A stretch of 59,631 nt of DNA, filler included, from Trichosphaerium sp. ATCC 40318 (Eukaryota > Protista > Tubulinea), in assembly GCA_038496445.1 (NCBI GenBank). It is 3 parts of 3 records of this genome, joined end to end, with 100 filler letters (N's around TTAATTAATTAA, not from the genome) between each part and the next. Parts side by side here need not be neighbours in the genome. Positions count along the whole stretch, not along the records: positions 37,687 to 59,631 come from JALMLS010000597.1; 2 more parts are not named here. The stretch is one strand, 5' to 3'. Both the position numbers and the translations under genes were made by a program. Under the pieces are notes generated by a model. The model did not search any database, was not told the origin of the DNA, and worked only from the letters and a program-made list of their open reading frames with translations. The first letter of the stretch is position 1. Every line of letters begins with the position of its first letter. Positions 49,590 through 59,631 of this stretch are shown piece by piece.

Positions 49590-50405
49590 GTCAACTAATG
49601 CTAGCTCCGCATCACAATAGAGCATCAATAGACTTTGTAGCGTAGCGGAAAAATACAAAAAAAAAAAATTTGACAAATAAATCTTAACTACTTTTCCTAA
49701 CTTGCGTCTCATGTTACTTTGTTTGGCTATGAGCCAACAAAATTTTTATTTACAGTGTAGTGGCGTGTTTGGGGTAACTGTATCAAAATCTACTCAAGTG
49801 GATTTTGCTCCAGATTCAGTAGAATTTCTCATCCCTGCTAAATTGATCGTCAGGTCTAAATGTTGTTACGGTAGTTCAAAGGAACTAAAATACGCTTCAA
49901 CCAGTTGATCATGATAAATACTACAAGTCAATCAATAAAATAAATCAGACTTACAATCTGCGTGAACCTTCTTGTTCCGATGTGCACAAATAACACAAAG
50001 TAAAATGATTTGATGCCTACCAGGTAGGCTTGCGCCTTAAAAAACAGTCACAAAAAAAAAAGTTAACCGTGAACTTGAAGGAGATTACGATCAAAGGCCA
50101 ATTGGAGGAGCGATGCTCTTATGTCAATGGTAAGGTTGTAGAGCACAAGAGGTGGCGTAATAATGCTCAAGTATAACAAGACGTGTTCGCTTCTAATTAA
50201 GTTGATATTAAAGTGCCTGCTTTTTAAAGTTTAGAATTCTTACCACTGGTATACACTTGTACCTTATTGAATAATATTTGATCGAACAAAAACAAATTAT
50301 TGTACAGTTGTATTTATTTATGAATAAAATTGAAACATTCGCTATTGTACTTACTACGTTACAAAACTCTTTTTAAAGAGATAACTGATAGCAATTGTAG
50401 CGATG

Positions 50406-53400
50406 CTACTTCTTTTTACATAGACCAGATACCTTTTCTTTGAGATATATCATAACAGGCAATACGGCTAATCCATGTAACATTGATAAAACAAACATGC
50501 TAAAGAAGAATTTGAAGAACATAACAAGAATATTATGATCTGCTGTAGCAAGGGCAATAATCCCGATGAAACTAGTAAAAGATCCTGACAAAACGGATAC
50601 TCCCATTTTACCGAGAGCTATAGATATTCTTGACTTTACAGTCAAACGCTATTTAGAAGGAGTAAGTAAAATAAAAAGTTACAAGTCGCTTTCAGCAAAA
50701 GGCTTGTACCTTGTCTTGTCCTACGTATGAGTGACAAACATGAGCACAGCTGTCTACAGCTAAACCCATACTTATCAGTAATAGTATAAGACTGACTTGA
50801 TTAACACGAATTTCCCAAAACCACATGACTGAAAAAATATCAACTTCAATCAATATGATATTAAAAAGCACTAAGAGTGCCAAGGAGAAGTCACCCAAGA
50901 AGCAATATACTACAATCAAGACACACACTAAAATAATAAATTAGTGTACTCAGGTGTGTGCTGACATAAACAAAAAAAAAGCAAGCACAAACAGGCCAAG
51001 CGAAATTGATAATAAAAAAGTAGGAAAAACCCCTGAATGATATAATTACGCACGTGATACAATACCAAGCTGCATAGCATTGGATACAAGCAAGTTAACG
51101 TATTGACTCCAGTCAAGGTATAAAAATGTATAAGGGAAAGCTTTCAACGCTCCATACTGTGAACATTTGTCTTGCATCCACTAGAAAGACCAAACAGTCA
51201 GAAAAAAAAAAACCAAATTGTATATTACGCACCACCATCGCAGCAGCTCTTTGAATATCAGTTGTTTCTCCAGTAAAATAGTGCGTAGCATGGAACCTTG
51301 CTATTTTGATTCTACCGTACTTCAAGTTTATATCAGCTGCATACTTAGCAACATTTCCTGGTTGGAAATACCAAGCATAAAACAAAGTATAGAAATCACT
51401 CTCTAAAAAGAATAATAAGAAAAAACCCAAACTACATCAAAAAACATCTGAAAAAATAAGTTACCCTCAGAATCTTGTAAGCCAGCTTGTTGACCGAATA
51501 ATGTTAATTCTCTTTGAATTGCTGTGAGAATATCACTACCATTTGATATTGAAGCGCTTTCAATAATTTCTTCTGCTGTTGCATTCTGTAATGGACCATC
51601 TCTTGCTGTTTTATTCCAAAGTCTAAACTCTTCCCACCTATAGATTCAAAAAGTGAGTACAAAGAGTTAAAAAGTTCAAGTCCGTGCCATGATACAGGCA
51701 TTGGTTTTTCAACATTAGGAGAATCTCTTATATCTCTTATCAAGTTATCAAGGTTCGTCTGAACTACAGGATCCGCAAAATCATCCGGAGAAACATATAC
51801 AGCAAAGTTGTAACTGTATTCCTATCGGTTTTTGCCATTAGTACTAATCACTCTTTTGGTTCACGTACTTGGAAGAATTCTTGTTGAAGATCAAAGAAAT
51901 GAAGTAAATAGGAATCATCAGGTAATACTTCATGTGTTGACAACCCAGCACGAACTTGTGTTGCTCCGTAACCTCCAGCGGTAACAATACCAGCAGCTAT
52001 AAGCAACTATCATAAGGTTATTCAAAAGAGTATTTATAAAATATAAAATCACGTGACATACAACAATGACTATTGATACAGGATGTAAGAGTGTAGGTCC
52101 ATAAATACGTTCAAAAAAGGCTGGCAGTAAGTTATCATTCGATACTATGCCCTTGATATATTGCCAGCAAGTCTTGTTCTTTTTGTCTGAATCATTTATA
52201 CTAAAAGTGTCCATGTGTGATGGCATTGGAAACGGTGATTGTGACTCAGTATCAACAAGTAACGTTTTATCACTGGAGCTATCTGAAGAAGGTACTCGCT
52301 TAACATATCCTTTTTTACCTTTCTTTGTAGTAAAACAACAAAGCAAGCAATCTAGTCTACCAGCAGACCTTCTTCTTTCATCAATAGCAAGTAAAGAAAC
52401 AAAGAAAGTAACCTAACAAATAGAAAACGTCAGAAAGAAAACATCAAACTAAAACGCTCAGCGTTGCGCTTCAAAGTAATGCAATTGTAATTTACCTGTA
52501 AACAGAAATCGAAGGTGATGCTCAAAATAGCGAACATGCACAAAGAGCTTATAGCAGGTAATGGTCCATAATAACCAACTGTGAACGCTGCAATATCAGT
52601 GAACGATGTCATAGCAACAGAACCGCCAACTAAAGATTAAAAAATTAGAAAGAAAAAACCAGAATCAAAAAACTTTGCACTAGTTGCAACCGAAAAGTTT
52701 TTCATCCTCAAAAATTTAAGAAAATACCTGGTCACCCTAAAAAAGAACGCTTTAATTCTTACCTTCTTGCATTGCTTCTTTCATACGGCTTGGTATTGGC
52801 TTTGCCTTAGATGTTCTTTCAAAAGCCTGTACTATAATAAAACAATCATCTACACCGATACCCAGTATGAGAAAAGGTAGACCAACTACAGTAGTGTTGA
52901 ATGGAACACCAAACATAAAGCCAGCTGCAAAACTGTTGACAAAAAGTTAGCAAGGGAGAAAAAACGTTCGAAAGAACAAAACATATTGAACGTGCCCCAT
53001 TATCATTGCAAGTATGATATGAAATATACCACCAACAGCAAGCATTGCTCTTGATGTTCTTGGATCAAAACCGCCAAGAGATACCATGACGTATATCAAC
53101 ATAGCAGAGAAACTTACTAAGAAAAGAAAAGATTAAAAAAAAATGGAGGAATATTAAAGATGCACCACAACAGTGGCCAAAAAGAAGTTGACAGCATACT
53201 TATGAACAAAGCAGAATCTTCTTTTGTGGCACGATCTATTTCAAGTCCAAGAGATAACTGATAAAACAGTAATAAGTACTTGTTAAAAAATGATTTCTAG
53301 AAAACAACGTACATTTGACATGTATGCAAGATGTACATGTTTTGTTGAACCTTCCTCAGCAGCGACAATATCCAAAAATTTCGCTTCAAACTCTATGGCT

Positions 53401-54687
53401 TGATTATAGTGATTTCCGTCAAGTGCCCATATAGATAAGTGCGCAGCAACTGTTATACCACGTTAGAAATACTTTTTTTTCATTTTGTAACAAGAAAAAA
53501 AAACGTACCATTAACAACAGTGGTATTATCACTACCGTACTCAACTCCACCGAGTAGACTAGAAAGAGGCGCTACTAAATTACCTAATGTATCATCCAAA
53601 TGCAAATTTAGCGTTGCATAGAGGTCCTATAAGGTGTAAACACTCTACGGGCCTTTTTTTCGAAAGCAAAAAAGATATTTTCAAAAATACAAGAAACAGG
53701 CCTTATAATTTAACCATACGTCATCAAGCTCAACCTTTGTCATATTATAATCCCAAGCTCTTAATACAGAGGCAGCTAAGCAACCCAAAAACGGAACAGG
53801 TCGTGCACAAATATCATCATAAGACGAATTTGATGCGACCTGTATAGAAGACACTCTAGTCATAATACCATGCATTTCCCTTAATATTTCCTTTGTTATA
53901 GCATTATTTCTAAGCAAACAGATATCAGAGAAATACTCAAAACATGAAGTAGAATATAGAGTCGATGTTTTCAAAAACGGAAGGTCGGGTTTTGGGTACA
54001 ACCCAAAGGGTTTTTGAAACAAAAAAAAATTTTGACAAGATCTAACGGGTTATACCCTTTTTTAGGCGTCATCGCCATGATTGATGTTCTAACATGTAAT
54101 CCAAAGTCATTTGACACTATACTTGCTGCTACTTTAGCTCTTGAGTCTAAAAAGCGTTAGATATCATTCTTTTGAACAATTTTTTGCCAAAAAGAGAAGA
54201 GCACGAAAATAGGGAAAACGGAAGCTGTTTTTTGTTTTCTTGTACTTTTAGGGACCCATTCGTTTTGAGAGCTCTGATGGAAACGTAAAACACCACAACT
54301 CAAGGAAATCCCGAACGTCAATGCAATAAACACTACAAACCATGGATATAAACCGCACTAAAATAATGATTTAGTTACCGCCGTTCAAAAACGACCAAAA
54401 AGGGTGAAACTGTACAAATTGGCCTATCTGCCCAAAAACGGTGCGTAGTGAGTCTTCTACGAATAAATGCAAGCGATGTGGCATTAGATAAACCCCTTTT
54501 CTGATTACATCGTTCCTTGGGCCCAATTTAGTTCCGTAGTTGTCAAACACGTTATTAATATGTACCAGCTGCTTTGTTGTATAAAACCAACGCAACCATC
54601 AGCTTCGTCGCTACTATCTTCTTCAAATGATGCGTATGACAAACTATCGTTTGTTGACCGTTTAGTGGTCGCAGTTGCGATGCTCAT
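50406..54687 (-). CDS. Patched/NPC1-family (RND, sterol-sensing domain) membrane protein
   Basis: LPFLILGIGVDDCFII, GGSVAMTSFTDIAAF, GLAVDSCAHV, MGVSVLSGSFTSFIGI and HGLAVLPV motifs, with multiple TM exons. Confidence 0.9.
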
Positions 54688-55358
54688 GCCACTTTTCTTG
54701 TGCTAGTACCCGAATTATGATAATGACAATACCCTAGACTTCTCTGGACTGTTCGGTGAATAGGATGTTTCAGAACCCTTAGAGTGAGTGCTTAGTGGCC
54801 GTAATCTTACTGGTGCAGCAGATTAATGAACTAACGATGAAGTGAGTTCAGTGCAATGGACGCCAAAAATGGTCATGAAGGTTTCATAGCGTATCGTCAT
54901 TGCTCCTTCTTCTTTCCATCAGACCTATTAAAATTCCATTATACGCACGATGTTTTACTGGCATTGATAACAAGCTTGAGTTCTTAAAAGTTATCGTTTT
55001 TGCAATATGGATTTTCCGGCTTTAATGGAGTGTTATTGCTATCAAACATATTAGTTCCACAACGCCTATTGCTAAATAACAAAACCATCAAATGACCCTT
55101 TCCAAGTTTATTGTTGTACAAGCAAGCCCTTGTAATTTTGGTGAGGAGCAAGTTCAGCAGCTTATCCAAAAATATCCATTATCCCCGAGTGTTGAAACCA
55201 AACTACAGTGATACTAGTTTGTAAACAAAGCCAAAGGTGGTTTTCGGATAAATGTAGTATTCATTTTACCCGATTCTAAAAACCCGAAACAAGACCGCCA
55301 CGTGACTTTTTTTTATTTTGTTTTTAAGCTGTCTCATCACTCCATTTTCTTTCTTTTG

Positions 55359-58119
55359 ATGTCTACAATACCTCTATACTTTCTTTATATTTGTCTGTGC
55401 GTATATACAATAAGAGCACTAGGTACCATTGTGAAATAAAAACGTATCTGACATTTTTGTTACGAAAAGTAGTGACGTCTCCAAACCATCAATGTGGAAA
55501 TGACTTGAGCTGTTATTTAGCGCTTAATGAGACTGATATCCAAATTACGTGTATGAAATACGTATTTTTAAACAATGTAACACTCATTTCGGACAAGAAG
55601 TTAGCAACACGTGCGTGTACAAACAAGATTGAGTCTTGGGTTTTTTTTGGACACAGAACCCAACGTTTACCCAACTCATTTTTTAATTTTTATATATAGA
55701 CATAGTGAACGACTTTTTACCTTCGGTATCTCTTCCGCACGTGATGTGTAATGGAGAACGTATTTTTATCAACGGCCAAAAACACTCTTTGACGATAGAC
55801 GGCTTAAAATTTGGGTGTCCGCTGTCAATAGAGGATGTACCTGTTTTCAAACTGGAGTGCGAATCTTTTTTTGTGTTTTTTTTTCCCATATTTGAACTTT
55901 ATTCTAATGTGCTCTTGAAGTTCAAGTATGTTTTATTTACTTTCAACTGACGCACCATTGATTAAACTAGTGAATTCTAAGTACGTCACACATGTAGTCC
56001 TGTTTCTAACAACAATAAGCTTTGTGATGTCACAAACTCATCTAGTTGATAACAATATTTCCATTGGAGTACCAAAAGGAGCGTTGCTTTCCATGACAAA
56101 CGGATCAATGAGCATTGACAATTGCACTTTTTCTGGTAATACATTTCGCATCAAAGAAAATACAAGCTGCATTTTTAGAGGTTTGGTAAACACACAAGGA
56201 ACAGATGTCTACGTACTTTGTTGTGTATTTCGCAATTTGCTAACACTTTATTTTTCGTAGCTATCTATTAACGGCTCATTTTTTACGAAGAACTCCTTCC
56301 TAAGCCCACTTCACGCATGTACGGCACATGTTACTGGTATTGACGTTAAGGAAAATTGAAAACAAACTTGTTGTTTAGGTCTAGCGCCTTATGGTGGCAT
56401 TATTCATGCAAACGAAATTAAGTATATGTTAATTTACAATAGTGCTTTCATTAAAAACAATATGGTGGACATACAAGGTACAAAAAGTGTTAAGTTTCAT
56501 AAACTTGTGCTAATCTCGAAAAACCAAGCATGTATCATTGTATCTCTAGCGGACGACACTATCATTCAGTCATCTGTATTCAAGAGCAATATATGTGCAG
56601 GGTAAGTTATTTGTTTTAAATGGACAATATTTAATTAATTCTATTTAAATAGGTCTGTCATCACAATTGGTAATGTATCTTATTTTTTATTGTTGTTAAC
56701 AGTCTGCAGGTATGGATAATAATCAAAACACAGCTTTCGAACTTCAGTATGTTGTTTATTGTCAGTTCATAGCCTAAAGGTTATTTATATGTTGTTAGGA
56801 ATATCTACATTAAGGGTAACCATGCTATACAATTGTGAAGAGACAAAAGCAGACTTCTCGTTCCTGATTTCTGCTTACCAATGCATAACGTAACATGTAG
56901 AAAATGAAGAAAACAGACAATCAATAAGTTGCACACCATTAAGTTCGGGGAGTGTTTCAAACCTGTTCATAGGTGGTAAGCAAAACTTTTTGGCCATCCA
57001 AGAATACAACTAAAAAACTCCATGTTTCGCAGATTTTCACCCGTATTCTGAAGGATGTCAAGTAAATGAAACAAATCGTTGCACTACAGATTGTTGTGAT
57101 GGCACGTATTAGTACAAAACACGCACAATAATAGTAAAACACGTGATAGTATCGTTCGAATTTGAGAATTATTTTTACAGTCACCCTTGTAACACAACAA
57201 TATCGACCAGAGTACCACCTCCACAGTTTGATGGTAAGTAACTAAGGTCCATGCGTACTAATACGATCAAAAAAGGTTGTATATGGCCACTTGAGCCTAC
57301 TGTTTATCCCTCAGCTAGTCCACCAACCAATGAAGCACCGACTGTGCCAGGGAACGCAAGTGCATGTGTTGTTTGTAACAATGCGTTGTGTAAAATAATA
57401 GAAAATTGTAACGTTGGCGGTTCATCCAAAGTAGATGACAACAATCATCTTATCATTGAGAATGGTGTTGTGATTGAAGGAGATTTCATCAACAACGGCA
57501 ATGTCACCTTTGCGTTGAATGATAGCACCAAGAATGTTGTTATTGGAAGAGACTTTGTGAATACTGGCATAATCACTTTTACACCAAGTGTCAATTCAGG
57601 ACGGTTTACGGTTGGCGGAGACTTTATCAACAATGGAACTGTTAAAATTGTGCTGAAGCACAGTGATAACATACAAATAAAAGGTACCGTTAACTAGTTT
57701 ATAAAGACCTACTCTTATCACGTGACAATAGTTTTGAGATGTACTTATCTTGGTGAGTACATAGTTGATGTTTCTACAATACAACTGCATCGAAAATGCA
57801 TTTCTATCATTGAAAGCACGTGTGTACATGGAACAGTATCCATAGCGGGAATGACAGGATGTACATCTGCATCTCAAGAACATGATGGAAGAAAGTACGA
57901 GGCAATTTTCATATTCATGTTGTACTATTTTTCGTTTAGATTGCAAGTATTTGTTGTCAATACTTGCACAGGTGGTGGTACAAACGCTTTTCTGATTGTC
58001 GGAATCATTTTTGCAGTTGCAGTATTTGTACGTACGATAGTCTTATTTGATCTTCTAACATGTTTCGTTTTTTCAAGTTCTCTGTCATTGCTATCTTCAT
58101 TTTAAAGTGTAAACGATGA
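55359..58119 (+). CDS. Single-pass cell-surface protein, paralogue of 23268-25532
   Basis: VTSPNHQCGNDLSCYL versus ITSSEHVCGNNLGCYL. IDNCTFSGN repeats, PTVYPSASPPT linker, GDFINNG repeats, and a TM segment followed by KCKR*. Confidence 0.72.
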
Positions 58120-58229
58120 TAAGTTCGTGTTCACGTCAGAAAAGACAAGATCGCCAATGACAATCTCAGATGTCACCACGCCAAAGTCAATGGTATCGTC
58201 AGTAACGCCAGGCATAGGCGATGTCTTCA

Positions 58230-59378
58230 TCAGATTAATAAAAAACAGTCCATTCTTTTACCCTTAGATTTACTTCCTTGATGTAGTTAGCTAAGATCTT
58301 TACCCTCAATATTTATTTTCATTTATTTGTACAATTTGAAGTCATGTCGTGTTGGATTTCTCGTATCGTTGTTCTTTATTTTTTATACTTTCTTTTCTTT
58401 ATACGTAAAGTACCACCACGTTGATGCATTATTTTGTCTAGTGTCCCAATGTCATTGCTTAGAAAGTAACTCCAGAAACCAAGGCGAAAAGCAGCATCGA
58501 CATTTACGTTATGCTTAGCGCTTTAGTAGACAGTTAAAACAGAAAAACACCGCTAGGACAAAACTAAAAAAGTTACCTAGTCGAAATATATGGTATATCT
58601 CTTTGCATTGCAAGCTTCAAAGCATCAACTTCTCGGTAATTACGCTCATCTTTTTTACACCTACAATCACGTGTGTTAAACAAAATTGTATCAACTGTAC
58701 ACAAGGACACTACTGATGTTGACATACCCGACAAGAACTTGAATCTACGGAGTTAATTAATACTAACAGCTGGAATTTTAAAAAAAAGTATTAGTAGAAC
58801 GTACCTTAGAACCTATAGTATCAATAATTGGCAATGTATCTTTCGTCAAAGTTTCTATTGTTTTCTCTTCTTGTAGCGAAAAGCAGCACATGTATACCTT
58901 AAAATAAGTCCCACGTTAGTTCACTATTTAATATTGTTACGCTTGTGCTTACATTTGTAAGGTTACAATAGTACGCTCCTGATTTATTGTTTAAGAGCGC
59001 TAATTCGGTAACGTCAATAAACAAACACATGAGAGAAGTCTATTTCTTACTTGTTTGGCTAATGTCAAAAACGTCAACAACTCCTCCATTCAACAAAGTC
59101 TTTCTGTGAGAATCTCTGTTCAAGTTGAGTTTAGAAAATAATTTATTGTCTTGTACTTACTCGGTTGTAGGGATATAAGAAGGTTCATATCGCTTGGAGT
59201 TCCATCGAAGTGTAAGATTAGTCTTCCCTAAAAAAAACGTTTAGTTTTTGGTTCCCGCGTTGGACCAATTCACATGGCACGTGCCTACAGAATCATCTCC
59301 GACAAAGACCATCTTTATTAGATTAGTTTCATTAAACTCTGGTGGCATCGGTATATGACTACGTGAAGAAGGATCCAT
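58230..59378 (-). CDS. Divergent Ras-superfamily small GTPase
   Basis: G1 GDDSVGKT, effector PTTEDSHRK, G3 replaced by DISQ, G4 GCKKD, G5 TSAK, and a polybasic tail KSKGKRMDCFLLI* (3' exons tentative). Confidence 0.75.
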
Positions 59379-59631
59379 TTTTTTTAAATGTTTTGTGTTG
59401 CGCGTTTTTTTTTTTAAAAGGCTTGAATACGCTCTTCCTCTTACTCTTTTTACTGAGTTTCTTTTTAGATGATTTCTCTTGTATATTACGGCATCGTTGT
59501 ATTGCACGCTCATACTTTCTAGGTAACCACCAACCTTTCTGCTTTAACGACAATAAACCGTTCATAAACTTCCTTGTTCTAATGCCATCACTCTCTTGTA
59601 GCCCTGCAAGGACAAACCAGAGATCTCGAGA

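Larger units (their letters stand above)
44754..49827 (+). mobile_element. MULE/MuDR-like element; ends tentative
   Basis: Degenerate inverted ends AAATTCTACTAAATGTGCACGAGAATCCAC and (rc) AAATTCTACTGAATCTGGAGCAAAATCCAC, each with an internal hairpin, around the transposase. No TSD was found. Confidence 0.45.

Noticed and set aside
1849-54687. Functional phagolysosomal gene cluster (lysozyme, granulin, protease, NPC1-like)
   Set aside because: The genes are dispersed, separated by two assembly gaps, and such genes are common in phagotrophs.

Overview
AT-rich, intron-dense eukaryotic DNA (short introns of about 45-120 nt, mostly GTAYG/GTAAG donors). The gene content suggests a free-living amoeba-like protist. 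The scaffold has two N-gaps carrying a TTAATTAATTAA linker. Host genes: a MORN-repeat protein, a secreted GH25 lysozyme fused to a C39-like peptidase, F-box proteins, a PARP-like ADP-ribosyltransferase, a His-Cys box (I-PpoI-like) nuclease, a progranulin-like gene, a family of small secreted 12-Cys peptides, two paralogous single-pass surface proteins, a PD-(D/E)XK nuclease, an MDR oxidoreductase, a bacterial-type S8/S53-like protease, a Patched/NPC1-family transporter and a divergent Ras-like GTPase. Mobile DNA is abundant: a Kolobok-type transposon interrupted by a self-nested MITE with 2-bp TSDs and telomere-like repeats, a TTAA MITE, a short LTR element with identical LTRs, a two-gene IS630/Tc1-like element with 141-bp TIRs, a MULE/SWIM transposase and TA-flanked MITEs. 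Window-wide oddities are recurrent GC-AG introns with a GCACGT donor and a strong excess of CACGTG. Exon structures were read by eye, so internal boundaries are approximate, and no database searches were run.
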